From Candidatus Bathyarchaeota archaeon (GTDB taxonomy: Archaea > Thermoproteota > Bathyarchaeia > 40CM-2-53-6): 64,000 bases of DNA. Location of the stretch: the NCBI GenBank assembly GCA_963833125.1, contig CAWHWX010000016.1, forward strand, positions 128,001-192,000, written 5' to 3'. Numbering within the stretch: position 1 is the first letter of the stretch; each line of letters begins with the position of its first letter. The translations under genes and the position numbers were made by a program. Shown piece by piece: positions 9,065-20,263 of this stretch. Under the pieces are notes generated by a model. The model had not been told where the DNA came from. It searched no databases and was given only the letters and a program-made list of their open reading frames with translations.

Positions 9065-9373
9065 TCAGGGTGGTTCGGTTTGGCCTGGGGCAGGTAGGCC
9101 TTTGAAGTTCTTGTCGAGCTTAGCCACTAAATGCCATGGAAGAAGCATTGGGTTCTGAATCGTGCCGGTAACCTGAATCCCCTTAGCCGTTAAGCTCTCG
9201 ATGAGAACGGCGAGGCATCCGCAGATTGGTGCCAAGTAGTCTTTGTGCGGGCCTGACGCTAGAGCCTCAAGATTTACGAATCGGACCGTTTGAGGTTTAG
9301 CCTTCTCGATCTCGTCGGCCATTACCTTAATGACTTTCTTTTCAACGATATCAAAAACTTGGCCGGTCAACAT
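9065..9373 (-). CDS. Hypothetical protein
   Basis: 102-aa ORF filling an intergenic gap, normal protein composition; no family recognised. Confidence 0.55.
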   Translation of the reverse strand: MLTGQVFDIVEKKVIKVMADEIEKAKPQTVRFVNLEALASGPHKDYLAPICGCLAVLIESLTAKGIQVTGTIQNPMLLPWHLVAKLDKNFKGLPAPGQTEPP

Positions 9374-9580
9374 TTGATGGAGTTCACCGGTCGGTTGGGG
9401 AGCCTCCAGAGTTCAATGGTTCGAGTTTCTTGTTCAAATCGTTACCGTCAATTACGTACTCCTGCGCTGTCGACACGACCGTTACAACTCCGAAGCGATG
9501 CACGCTTGACACTCTTGGCCATCGTTATAGATGTTGTCAAATAACTCAGGCATTAATCTAAGCGCTAGGGCCGTGTCTCG

Positions 9581-10165
9581 ATGAGATTCCTAGTTAGGCT
9601 ATCCAACGATAAAAGACTCACACCAAAAGACGCGAAAGTGTTGACGCTGCAGTCTTACGCCGCGGTGAAGGAATTTCGCGGAGATGTTGGGAATCTTCGA
9701 GTGAGCAGTTCAGCTATCGAACTGGATCTCCTCCTAGATTCAAAGGCAAATTTGCCTGAGGCAACCCAGTCTCTTGAGAAAAAGCTAGGGCCATTACTTA
9801 CTCTACGGGAGCTTGACCTCTCGAGTCCTCAAATCGAACCGGGGGAAGCGATTCGGGAAGGGCTTGAGATGTTCAATGAAGAGCGGTTCTGGGAAAGCCA
9901 CGAGGCGCTGGAGTCGGCGTGGAGGAAGGCGTCCGGGGCTGAGAAGGAGATACTGCAAGGCATAATCCTGGTCGCCGCCGCATTAGTGCATTTACAAAAG
10001 GACGAAATCGCCGTTACTCTCAGCGTGATGGGCCGAGCCTATGATAAGCTGACCAGCTATCATTCAGAACACTTCAACATCAACATCGACAGTTTACGCG
10101 ACGATATCTCAAGAATGATCTCAACAGGTCGTCCAGAGTTTCTCAAGATTAACGGCAACCACTAG
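9581..10165 (+). CDS. DUF309 family protein with an extra N-terminal domain
   Basis: FNEERFWESHEALESAW...LQGII.VAAALVH signature. Confidence 0.88.
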   Translation: MRFLVRLSNDKRLTPKDAKVLTLQSYAAVKEFRGDVGNLRVSSSAIELDLLLDSKANLPEATQSLEKKLGPLLTLRELDLSSPQIEPGEAIREGLEMFNEERFWESHEALESAWRKASGAEKEILQGIILVAAALVHLQKDEIAVTLSVMGRAYDKLTSYHSEHFNINIDSLRDDISRMISTGRPEFLKINGNH

Positions 10166-10689
10166 CGCAATTGCGCTGCGCCTTGGAGGCCGGCTATTGT
10201 CTTCGCATCTTGTATCTCTCCTGACCGGATCTTGTCTAGAGCAGCCTCGAATGGAAAACTTTCAACGGTAATCTTCTCATCCTCCTCCATTCGCGTATGA
10301 GTCTTCGTCAAGCCTTTGGCTAAGTAGATGTGAATCTTCTCGGTGCTGTAGCCGGGCGCTACGAAGCATTCCAGCACCTTAGTAATAGTCTGGCAGGTGT
10401 ACCCGGTTTCTTCCTCTAACTCTCGTTTCGCACAATTCTCAGGCTCCTCACCAGGCTCCAATGTCCCGGCGGGGATTTCAAGCAGCTCAGCGGAGACCGC
10501 ATATCGGTATTGTCGGATGAGTAGCACTTCATCTCGCGTGAGAAGCGGAACTATCGCAGCAGCCCCTCTATGTTCAACAACTTCACGGCTCGTAACTTGC
10601 CCGTTTTCGATCTTGACTTCGTCAACACGCAGGTTGAGGATTCTGCCCTCGTAGACACGTTTCGATGTGATGCGCTGTTCCAACTTCAT
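10162..10689 (-). CDS. NUDIX hydrolase (ADP-ribose pyrophosphatase-like)
   Basis: Nudix box GTLEPGEEPENCAKRELEEETGY; QYRY and DAKT motifs. Confidence 0.95.
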   Translation of the reverse strand: MKLEQRITSKRVYEGRILNLRVDEVKIENGQVTSREVVEHRGAAAIVPLLTRDEVLLIRQYRYAVSAELLEIPAGTLEPGEEPENCAKRELEEETGYTCQTITKVLECFVAPGYSTEKIHIYLAKGLTKTHTRMEEDEKITVESFPFEAALDKIRSGEIQDAKTIAGLQGAAQLR

Positions 10690-10800
10690 CGTTTACAGCT
10701 CGGAGCGTTCATCGATAAGAGATGTTCGATTAACTCTCGTCTATCCAGTTGGTACTGTTTTTATTGAGAGTTATCTACTCATGTCGCGTAAGGATTTAGA

Positions 10801-12610
10801 ATGACAGAGAAATTTGTTCCCGACACATCCATAATCATTGACGGCAAGGTTCCGTCAATCATAGAGAAAGAGGGGTTAACCGATGTGGAAATTGTCATCC
10901 CCCGTGCAGTCTTAGATGAACTGCAAGCTCAAGCATCGAAAGGCCGCGAAACAGGTTTCATTGGGTTGAAGGAAATCAAGAAGTTACGAATCCTATGCGA
11001 GAGTAAAGGCATCAAACTCACATTATTGGGCGAGCGACCCGGCTACAATGACATTATGCTTGCAAGAAGCGGACGTCTGGACGCGCTAATCACCGATGTC
11101 GCGAAAACTGAGAATGGAACCCTACTGACCGCGGATTACGTGCAGGCCTTAGCCGCCGAAGCGGCAGGCGTCAAGGTGAAGCATATCCCAGGCGAGGTCA
11201 AACTAACTGGCCTAGCGTTCGAGAAATTCTTCACCCCAGACACATCGAGCATCCACCTGAAAGAAGGGACCAAGCCATTAGCCAAGAGGGGGTTACCGGG
11301 TAAATTCGAGCTAGTAACCCTATCCGAGAATCTTACCTCCGTTGAAGAAGTCGAACAGATAATACGCGAAGTCACCGAGGCTGCGCGTGTAAGCGATGAA
11401 GGCTTCGTTGAAATCAACCACGGCGGGGCCATGGTGATTCAACTCGGCCGTTTCAGGGTTGCCATAACCCGCCCGCCACTATCAGATGGATTAGAAGTCA
11501 CCATCGTCCGACCAGTAATCAGCCTCACCCTGCAAGACTACAAGCTATCACCGAAGCTAATGGAGCGCCTAGCCACACGCGCAGAAGGCATCCTTATCTC
11601 AGGCCCTCCCGGCTCCGGGAAAACAACGTTCGCGTCATCCCTAGCAGAGTTCTATTGGAAACAGAACAAGATAGTCAAGACGCTGGAATCTCCGAGAGAC
11701 CTGCAGGTTGGGCCCGAGATTACCCAATACGGTCCGTTGGAAGGTGATTTCGAGAAGACCGCAGAAATCCTACTGCTCGTCCGGCCTGATTACACAGTTT
11801 TCGATGAAGTGAGGAAAAGCAAGGACTTCATGATATTCGCGGACATGCGGCTTGCCGGGGTAGGCATGATCGGCGTCGTTCATGCGAGTAAAGCTATCGA
11901 CGCAATCCAACGGTTCATTGGACGAGTTGAGTTAGGCATGATCCCCCACATAATCGACACGATAATCTTCATCCAATATGGGGAGGTAAGAAACCTATTC
12001 ACGCTTGAATCTGACGGTAAAAGTTCCTACTGGAATGACGGAAGCTGATCTCGCTAGGCCAGTGGTTGAAGTAAACGACTTCGAAACCGGCAACCTGCAA
12101 TTCGAGATCTACACCTTCGGCGAAGAGAACGTGATTATTCCAGTCAGCGAAATCAAGCATACGACCAGCGGAGCCCGGAAGTTGGCTGAAGAGAGGATAA
12201 CACAGGAGATCAGACGGTTCGATCCGAACGCTGAGGTAACACTAGTATCCGACAACCGAGCCGTCGTGCGAGTCGACAACGACATCGTTCCCATACTCAT
12301 CGGCAAGAAGGGCGTAACGGTCACGAAGCTTGAAGAAAAGCTCGGCGTGAAGATTGACGTGGAACCCCTGGCTCCGAGTTCATCTGGAAAGGAAACACGG
12401 TACGAGATTAGGGAAGTTGGCAATCGAATCGACCTCGTCTTCGACGAAGACATAACCGGAACAGTCGCTAACGTTTACGTGGGCGACCAGTACCTCTTCT
12501 CAGCAACCGTAGGGAAGAAGGGCCAAATCAGGGTATCAAAGAAATCAGACCTAGGCCGTAGCCTCCTCCGTGCCCTAGTTTCGAAGCAGAGAATTCGAGT
12601 TCTAACCTAA
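10801..12610 (+). CDS. PIN-domain ATPase with KH domain (PINA family), frameshift near 12005
   Basis: VPDTSIIIDG PIN motif, GPPGSGKT, FDEVR, and C-terminal LIGKKG KH motif. Confidence 0.92.
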
Positions 12611-12615
12611 CAATC

Positions 12616-13887
12616 CTACGGGGGTTGAAGTTTCAGATCTGTGCCTGAGAGTTTCCGTACGAAGTTTTCTATTTCCCGCAAGAGCGAGTTAATCTGTTCT
12701 CCTGAATGTTTCTCGGTTTCGATCGCCCGTTCGAGTTCCGCTCTTAATTCCTCCTGTGAGGTGCGGTTTTCCTTACCTTTCTTGCGTAAGTCTGCGAGCC
12801 GTTGCACTAGCGCCTTGGTTTCTTGGTCGGAGAGAATTTGGTCGTAGGTCAATTTTGCTTTCTTTGCACTCTCATGAGTGGTAGACAACGAGTTTCCGGA
12901 AGTCACCTGTTCCGATCTTTCTACGACTTTCTTAGCCTCGCGTTGCTTGAGGGCTAGTTTACCTGAAGAGACCGCGGCGGATAGAGCTGACATTACCGAT
13001 TTCAAACGCGGGTACTCATCTGTTTCCGCAAGGAAAGTTGTGAATGGCTTTTTGATGTACTCTTTTAGGGTTTCGCGAACTTCGACAGTAAGCGGGTAGT
13101 CGCCGCGCTCTGAAATTGATATGAGCTTTTTGAGGGGGCGGCCGAGTCTACTGAAACCAGTTCGAATTAACTCGCCCCTGAGTTTCCTTAGCTCGGAGTC
13201 GATTTCAATGAACCTTGTTACCTTTGGGTTCCCTCGGACATTTTCAGCTTGGAGCCTCAATGATTCATCTAAGCGGTTTGTTTCCTCCAGCTTTTCCTCA
13301 AGGGATTTTCTTTGAGACACTGCTAGGTCTTCGGATGCTTTCATTTTGTTCAGAGAATTGATTTTTTCATCAACATCTTCAAGGGATCGAAGGAGAGTTC
13401 CGCGGCCCATGAGGAAGCTGTGGAGTTCGTCACTGAGCCTGCGGAGCTTGTCAATGTTCCCGCCTAACGTCATCATGTCTATGATGTAGTAGGGCCTGAT
13501 TTGACGCAACCATTCCTCTCTGGTTCTGGCAGCCTCGGATGCTAATTTTGACGTGTCCCGTTGTAGGTTTCTCAGGCTAGTCGAGTCGTTTAGAGTTGGG
13601 ACGTTGAAATCTTTACACATATCCGGTAAGATGCTAGTGAGTCTTGCGACCGCTTTAGAAGCCCTATATTGAGCTCTATTGTCCCGTTTTGTCTCCATGT
13701 CCTGCTCTGCTTTTCGAATGAGTTGATCGCAAAAGCCCTTAAGCGAATCAACCCCCCGTTTGATCTCTGAAACCAGTTTGTCTCGTTCTCGCTCTGCCTG
13801 GGAAAGGTTTGAACCTAACGACTTTCTTAGCCAATCCTGAAGTTTCGAGACTGCGACCTGGTTGGTCATCGGGGACACGAGATGCAT
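12616..13887 (-). CDS. Coiled-coil protein of unknown function
   Basis: Long ORF with heptad-rich, E/K/L-rich composition. Confidence 0.75.
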   Translation of the reverse strand: MHLVSPMTNQVAVSKLQDWLRKSLGSNLSQAERERDKLVSEIKRGVDSLKGFCDQLIRKAEQDMETKRDNRAQYRASKAVARLTSILPDMCKDFNVPTLNDSTSLRNLQRDTSKLASEAARTREEWLRQIRPYYIIDMMTLGGNIDKLRRLSDELHSFLMGRGTLLRSLEDVDEKINSLNKMKASEDLAVSQRKSLEEKLEETNRLDESLRLQAENVRGNPKVTRFIEIDSELRKLRGELIRTGFSRLGRPLKKLISISERGDYPLTVEVRETLKEYIKKPFTTFLAETDEYPRLKSVMSALSAAVSSGKLALKQREAKKVVERSEQVTSGNSLSTTHESAKKAKLTYDQILSDQETKALVQRLADLRKKGKENRTSQEELRAELERAIETEKHSGEQINSLLREIENFVRKLSGTDLKLQPP

Positions 13888-13943
13888 TCCATTGGCATCA
13901 ATGCGTGCTAAAGAACCTACGGCACGGCCTTCTAGTCTTGCCC

Positions 13944-15662
13944 TTAGCGGGCTTCTTCTCTCAGAGTAATCAAGATCGTTTCAACAGTCTCCTCAGCTCG
14001 ATCTATGCGCTTCGTGAGGTCGTTAACCATCGCATCGTATGTCTCCCTAGTCGATTTTCCAGATCGATACTGAGCTCTCACCTGGTTCAGACTGCCTCTA
14101 CAAACTTGGATTTCAGCTTCGGCACGGTCTATTCGGCGGATCAATTCGTCATAGTGTTGACTGATCGCTCTAATCTCCGCCTTGACAGCCATGAGCGACC
14201 TGTTGATCTCATCGAGCCTCAATTCCATTACTTTGGTTCTCCTTCTAAACTCATGCTTGACCATTCCACCCCTCGCGACTTCTTCCTCCATCGCAACGAG
14301 CTCCCTTGAGAGGGAAATCCTCTCGTCGTACAGCCCCACGAATTCTCTGAGTTTCTCGACGGGTATGGGAATCGCGAGTTCCGGTCCTCGTCTAACTCTG
14401 ACTGTCAAAACTACTGCGGCAAGTGCCACTTCAAGCCCCAGTAACCAAGGCAAATATCCGAATGCAGCCCAGAATGGAATGAACCTGAAGAATACTCCAA
14501 GTGTAACATTGCTGGAAACCGTGACTCCTTGAAGTTGGATTTGTCTTCGGATGGGGTCGTAGTGGATTGGGGCAGCGACAGGGTTTGTTGGTGGAAGTTG
14601 AACGTTGTCAATCCTGATGCCGCTAGGTGCCATGATTTTGATCGTGGCATTATCAAACACGAAATCTTCACGATTGTTGAGCATCGGAAGGGTGAGGTTA
14701 TAGTCTCCCCACCAATTCACTTGTTTGAGGTATTCAGACTGGGGGAGGTTATATGAGAGGCTGAAGGTGAAGTTCTCTCCACCCCTGACCCCTTGGCCGT
14801 ACCTAGGCGATACGCTTACTTGGTAAGGTGGAGCAGGGTTCTGCGGCGTCGTCCACATTGCACCAACAACATCGTACGCCATAACATTAGTTGCGCCGTC
14901 AGGAAGGGTAATCGTTAGGCTAGTGACTGGAATCGCATAGTTATGCAAGTTGTAAGTATCACGAACGCTCAATGTACCCGTACTGCCGATCTTGATATCC
15001 CTCTCCACGGATGCGACGTCCACAAGGTATTGACTAACAGTCAGGTAAGGCCCAATGAAAGTCTCCGCAGAATACGCTTTCCAGGGTTTGTACTGTTTAA
15101 CCAGGGCGGGTTGGCCTGCAATAGTCTTTTGAGCGTAAGTTGAATTTTGAGCAACTGCGAAACTGGATCCCACGGCTCCCAGGAGCGTAACGTTGGCTAC
15201 TCTTGCATCTTGTGTAAGAACCGGAGCGGCTGAGAAATTGTATAGAAGTCCATTCGGGGCGGTTGTTATGACGTGAGCTACGATGGAGTAAACGGTGAAT
15301 CGATAAGTCGAGTTAGCCGGAAGCTGGTTGGCGAAATGAACCCGTAGCCAATAGAAGCCACTCGTCCCGTTCACATTCGAATCCACTACGAGGGTTTTTC
15401 CTAGGCTGTCCGTCGCATCAACATAGTATACATCGCCCTTGAAAATGCTAAGCACACCAAAGTCCAGGTAGGTGGCAGGTGTCGTCCCTGAGTTGTGCAC
15501 AGTGTAATTGTCGACCATGTGCACTATGCCATACACCCCGATGGACGCGGTTCTAGAGATGTCTACTGTCAATTGAGCAGGTGGGGTCTGGGCATGGGTT
15601 GGGACGGCAGCCATGAGCGCGAGGACCAAGACTAGGGTAACGACTATGAACTTCGTCTTCAA
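13944..15662 (-). CDS. Ribophorin I (RPN1/OST1)-like type I membrane protein
   Basis: Signal peptide; two repeated R.I.I...G...V.D.Y...N beta domains; PRYG....G..F...YNLP.SEYL motif; single TM helix; C-terminal helical bundle. Confidence 0.75.
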   Translation of the reverse strand: MKTKFIVVTLVLVLALMAAVPTHAQTPPAQLTVDISRTASIGVYGIVHMVDNYTVHNSGTTPATYLDFGVLSIFKGDVYYVDATDSLGKTLVVDSNVNGTSGFYWLRVHFANQLPANSTYRFTVYSIVAHVITTAPNGLLYNFSAAPVLTQDARVANVTLLGAVGSSFAVAQNSTYAQKTIAGQPALVKQYKPWKAYSAETFIGPYLTVSQYLVDVASVERDIKIGSTGTLSVRDTYNLHNYAIPVTSLTITLPDGATNVMAYDVVGAMWTTPQNPAPPYQVSVSPRYGQGVRGGENFTFSLSYNLPQSEYLKQVNWWGDYNLTLPMLNNREDFVFDNATIKIMAPSGIRIDNVQLPPTNPVAAPIHYDPIRRQIQLQGVTVSSNVTLGVFFRFIPFWAAFGYLPWLLGLEVALAAVVLTVRVRRGPELAIPIPVEKLREFVGLYDERISLSRELVAMEEEVARGGMVKHEFRRRTKVMELRLDEINRSLMAVKAEIRAISQHYDELIRRIDRAEAEIQVCRGSLNQVRAQYRSGKSTRETYDAMVNDLTKRIDRAEETVETILITLREEAR

Positions 15663-15756
15663 CCTCAGCTTGCCTCGCTTTCATCGGGTTAAGGATACTC
15701 GAACATCGCCGTGATTGGGAAGTTCACTATTTATTCGTTCTGTTGAGGGCCTGGAA

Positions 15757-16523
15757 TCAATTTTGCAGCAGAGAAGAATGCCAATCATCAGGTACGCCTC
15801 TCATCTTCCTTGCAGGGACTCCCACAAAGATCGTTCGAGGCGGAACGTCAGTGTTTACCATCGCTTGCGACCCAATCACAGCTCCCTCTCCGACCACTAC
15901 TCCTGGAAAGAGGAGCGCAGTTTCGCGCCAATGCTTGCCCCTTTTTTGACCGTGGGGCCGATCAATTTGTACGGTTTCTGGGTAACGAATTTGTCGTTGG
16001 TGAAGACACAGCATGGGCCTAGGAATACCCCGTCTTCGATTGTTGAGTAGGTGCAGACGTAGACTCCAGTCTGAACTGAAACCCGACTACCTATCTTCGT
16101 GCTTCCGTCCACGACAACGTTAGTGCCCACCTTCGTGCCCGCTCCGATAGTGACGTTCTCTCTAACCATTGCGTTATGGCCAAAGGAAACGTTGTTGCCT
16201 GCAGTCACATTGGAGTAGATTGTAGCGCCGGATCGGACTATGCATTTCTCGCCGAGTAAGGTGGGTTTCTTTCTGGTCTTGTGAGACTGTGTTAACTGAT
16301 TGAGTTCGTTGGCTGCGGGGAATCCGATGACACAGTTCGGCCCGATATAGCTCTGCCTCCCGATCTTGATTGGTCCGTACAGAATTGCATTCGCATCTAT
16401 GTGAACCCCTTCACCCGTCCGCACAACACCAAACAGTCGAGCGCTCCTCTCAACGTAGGTCCCCTGCCCAAGCGCGCGTTTGTTCTCTACAAATGCAGAC
16501 GGCGCAATTTTTGTTGATCTCAA
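15757..16523 (-). CDS. Hexapeptide-repeat (left-handed beta-helix) acyltransferase, frameshift near 15925
   Basis: Repeated [IV]G hexapeptides, FLGPCCVFTND, GASIGA and VGVPAR. Confidence 0.88.
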
Positions 16524-16591
16524 TGATCTCCAGCCGTGGCTACACTGACCCACGCGTGGTTAATGTGATTTGTTGACAATCGGGACGACAA

Positions 16592-18052
16592 TTGCCTCCG
16601 AGAAGCAACCATAACCGAATAATATCTACCGATTTTGTTAGTGGCATTGATGAGGTAGCCAAAGTGTCTGCGGTCCATCCATACATTCCCAACAGCGACC
16701 GAGAAATCCAACGTAAAATGCTCGACGATATTGGCGTCAAATCCATCGACGAGCTCTTCAACGATATTCCGGCTGCGTTAAAGTCCAAATCGGAGTTACC
16801 AATCATGTCCAAACTCTCTGAGATGGAAACAAGACGATACGTCGAAGGTTTGCTCTCGAAGAATCAATCTACCCGTGACATTCTATCATTCCTGGGTGCG
16901 GGCGTCTGGCCTCACCACGTCCCTGCGGCAATTGATGCAATAATCAGTCGAGGAGAATTTCTCACTTCCTATACGCCCTACCAGCCTGAGGTCTCCCAGG
17001 GCATGCTCCAATCCATGTTCGAATACCAGAGTCTAATCTGCGACCTTACAGCAATGGACTACGCGAACAGTTCCCTTTACGATTGGTCCACAGCCCTAGG
17101 TGAAGCCGCGAGGATGACATCACGCGCAACCACCCGAGACGAATTCATTGTCCCTCACTTCATACACCCGGAACGCCTCCAAACACTCAAAACATTCTGC
17201 GACCCAGCGGACATCAAAATTGTCGAAGTCTCTCAAGATCCCGGGACAGGGTCCGTTGAACTGTCTGAGTTGAGAGCGAAACTCTCAGATCGAACCGCTG
17301 GGGTTTACGTCGAATCGCCCTCCTTTCTAGGATTCGTAGATGAGTCCTGTGATGACATCGCTCACCTATCCCACGACCGTGGCGCACTGTTTGTGGTCGG
17401 CTGTGAACCCATCTCACTCGGCGCGCTGAAACCGCCAGGCGATTTAGGTGCCGATATTGTTGTTGGAGAAGGACAGCCTCTCGGCAATCACATGAACTTT
17501 GGCGGGCCCCTCCTCGGCATCTTTGCATGCAAGGGTCAGAGTCTACTGAGGCAGATGCCGGGACGCATTATTGGAAAAACTACGACCCAAGATGGTAAAC
17601 AGGACGCATATTGCATGGCGTTACAGACGCGAGAACAGCACATCAGACGAGGAAAAGCAACATCCAACATATGCACGAACGAGGCGTTGCTCGCTCTAGC
17701 TGCGGCCATGTACCTATCACTACTAGGACCCGCTGGAATCACAGAACTCAGCGCGACTATCATCGAAAGAACAAACTATGCAATCGAGAAGATACGAAAG
17801 CTGCCAGGAGTCAAGGCACCCGTATTCAACGCCTTCCATTTCATGGAGTTCACCATAGACTTTCGTGATTCCGGAAAGAAAGTTCGTGAAATTAACGAGT
17901 CACTCTTAGAAGCCGGAATCCAGGGAGGACTTGATCTAAGCACATACTTCCCCGAATTGGGGCAAACCGCACTCTACTGCTTCACCGAGATTCACACACC
18001 TCACGACATCGACATGCTAACTGACGAACTTCGAGTCATTTTGGGGGAATGA
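16592..18052 (+). CDS. gcvPA: Glycine cleavage system P protein subunit 1
   Basis: TSYTPYQPEVSQG and LQTREQHIRRGKATSNICTN; true start probably near 16664. Confidence 0.97.
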   Translation: MPPRSNHNRIISTDFVSGIDEVAKVSAVHPYIPNSDREIQRKMLDDIGVKSIDELFNDIPAALKSKSELPIMSKLSEMETRRYVEGLLSKNQSTRDILSFLGAGVWPHHVPAAIDAIISRGEFLTSYTPYQPEVSQGMLQSMFEYQSLICDLTAMDYANSSLYDWSTALGEAARMTSRATTRDEFIVPHFIHPERLQTLKTFCDPADIKIVEVSQDPGTGSVELSELRAKLSDRTAGVYVESPSFLGFVDESCDDIAHLSHDRGALFVVGCEPISLGALKPPGDLGADIVVGEGQPLGNHMNFGGPLLGIFACKGQSLLRQMPGRIIGKTTTQDGKQDAYCMALQTREQHIRRGKATSNICTNEALLALAAAMYLSLLGPAGITELSATIIERTNYAIEKIRKLPGVKAPVFNAFHFMEFTIDFRDSGKKVREINESLLEAGIQGGLDLSTYFPELGQTALYCFTEIHTPHDIDMLTDELRVILGE

Positions 18053-19554
18053 AACAAATGGTATACTCTCAAGCCCGATGGGACGAACCGCCGATCAAGT
18101 CACTTTCCGGGCACGGGAAAATCGGTTTCCACAAACAAGCGTCAGACCCATCTCCCGCACTGACCACCATTCCTAGAAAACTGAGGCGTTCGGCTCCGCC
18201 ACCTCTTCCCGAACTTTCGGAAATTGAGGTAATTCGTCACTACACCCGTCTCTCACAAGAGAATTTCGGGGTCGACCTTGGTCTGTATCCGCTCGGGAGC
18301 TGTACGATGAAGTATAATCCGAAAGTCTGTGACCTTCTCGCTGCCTCACATAAGATGCAGGAACTTCATCCGTACCAGGATCAGAAAACTGTGCAGGGCA
18401 TTCTTCAACTACTTTACGAAGCCGCAGATTCTCTCGCTAAAATCGTGGGCGTTCAGAAAATGACTCTGCAACCCGCAGCTGGCGCTCACGGGGAGTACAC
18501 AGGTCTCATGCTGATGAGAGCCTATCATCGAGATATGAAAGATCTGAAGCGTGACGAGATAATTGTTCCAGATTCGGCGCACGGAACTAACCCCGCAAGC
18601 GCAGCTATGGCGGGTTACAAGGTTATCGAAGTGCCTTCCAACTCACGCGGCTGTGTGGACACTGAGGCATTGAAAGGTGCAGTCGGGCCCAAAACTGCGG
18701 GCCTAATGATAACAAACCCCAACACGCTTGGCATTTTTGAACGTGAAATTCTGGAAGTGACTCGCATCGTCCGCGAGGCAGGGGGATTGCTGTACTATGA
18801 TGGTGCTAACCTTAACGCCATTATGGGTAAAGCGAAGCCGGGGGACATGGGTTTCGACATAGTCCACCTTAACCTTCACAAGACATTCGCTACTCCTCAT
18901 GGAGGAGGGGGCCCAGGTGCCGGGCCAATCGGTGTGATGAGCAGACTCGCAGACTACCTGCCAATCCCGATGGTCGAATTTGACGGCTCGAAGTACTTTC
19001 TAGATTACAACAGGCCGAAGAGCATAGGAAGGGTGAGGGCATTTTATGGGAGCGCCGCAGTAGTGCTTCGTGCTTATGCTTACATCCTCTTGCATGGCAA
19101 GGAAGGGTTAGTCACGGCCTCTGAGGTGGCTGTTCTAAACGCTAACTACCTGTCGCAGAAACTCCGACGGGTCAAAGGTTTCTCTCTGCCGTATGCAGAG
19201 GGCGTCCCTAGGAAACATGAGTTCGTGTTGTCAGCTTCGAGGCTAGCGAAGGAGACAGGGGTTACCGCATTACAGGTTGGGAAGAGACTCCTCGACTTCG
19301 GTATTCACCCTCCCACCGTCTATTTCCCGCTCATCGTAGAAGAGGCGATGATGGCGGAACCCACCGAAACCGTGAGCAAACTAGAACTTGACGCGATGGT
19401 GACGCTGTTCGAAAAGATAAGCAACGAAGCCTACTCAAACTCTGACCAGCCGAAGACGAGCCCGCATGCAACCAGCGTCACGAGAATCGACGAGGCCAAA
19501 GCGAATCGGCCAAAGACGATGGAGTTAACGTGGGCGCCGCACCCAAGAGAATAG
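18049..19554 (+). CDS. gcvPB: Glycine cleavage system P protein subunit 2
   Basis: YPLGSCTMKYNP, SAHGTNPAS and HLNLHKTF.TPHGGGGPG (PLP lysine). Confidence 0.97.
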   Translation: MKQMVYSQARWDEPPIKSLSGHGKIGFHKQASDPSPALTTIPRKLRRSAPPPLPELSEIEVIRHYTRLSQENFGVDLGLYPLGSCTMKYNPKVCDLLAASHKMQELHPYQDQKTVQGILQLLYEAADSLAKIVGVQKMTLQPAAGAHGEYTGLMLMRAYHRDMKDLKRDEIIVPDSAHGTNPASAAMAGYKVIEVPSNSRGCVDTEALKGAVGPKTAGLMITNPNTLGIFEREILEVTRIVREAGGLLYYDGANLNAIMGKAKPGDMGFDIVHLNLHKTFATPHGGGGPGAGPIGVMSRLADYLPIPMVEFDGSKYFLDYNRPKSIGRVRAFYGSAAVVLRAYAYILLHGKEGLVTASEVAVLNANYLSQKLRRVKGFSLPYAEGVPRKHEFVLSASRLAKETGVTALQVGKRLLDFGIHPPTVYFPLIVEEAMMAEPTETVSKLELDAMVTLFEKISNEAYSNSDQPKTSPHATSVTRIDEAKANRPKTMELTWAPHPRE

Positions 19555-19589
19555 TCAGCAGCTTAGACCTAGGCAGGTTGGAATTGAGT

Positions 19590-19877
19590 TTGAAGATAAA
19601 TGTGCGACTTTTCGCCGCCGTCAGAGAGCTGGTCGGGGCGCATGAAGAGACGCTTGAACTTCCCGAAGGTGGCACAGTGGAGAATCTGCTAGATCTACTG
19701 GTCCAAAGGCATGGCAAACCTTTCAGAGACTACATTTACAACGAGAAAAACGGTGAATTGCGTCGGTCCATTCAGATTCTCGTGGGGGACAAGCCAACCT
19801 CGGCACTTAACGGACTATCCACGGTGTTAACTGATGGGTGCATCTTGGCGATAATTCCACCAGTTGGAGGAGGATAG
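19590..19877 (+). CDS. MoaD/ThiS/SAMP ubiquitin-like protein
   Basis: V.LFA..RE N-terminus and IIPPVGGG C-terminus. Confidence 0.9.
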   Translation: MKINVRLFAAVRELVGAHEETLELPEGGTVENLLDLLVQRHGKPFRDYIYNEKNGELRRSIQILVGDKPTSALNGLSTVLTDGCILAIIPPVGGG

Positions 19878-20263
19878 TCAAGATAATTCGCGCAAATAGT
19901 CACTCGTATTACAATTAGCCAGACAGCGTTCAGTGTATTTTTGCTGTTTCTTCGAAAGATAACGCAGCGAATAGCCCGAAAAAGTGTTCTGTCTTCTCTT
20001 TCCTCAGGCTGTGAAGCTGCAATCACACGCCTTCTCGCAAATATGTCTCGATGACTTCGCAGTTCAGATTCGAACTAGAGCCACGAAGGTGCGAATTTGG
20101 AATCTAACAGCCCCACAGCAAATCGCCTCAGTAGAGGAATTCAACAATTTGAACTTCGGCCACGAAGGAAATTGCATCTTGAAATGTGGGAGATGGAGCC
20201 TGAGGCTGGGGAAGATGAAAGAGTAGATGTCGACTTAGGTCTTGACCAGGTTGAGGATATGGA

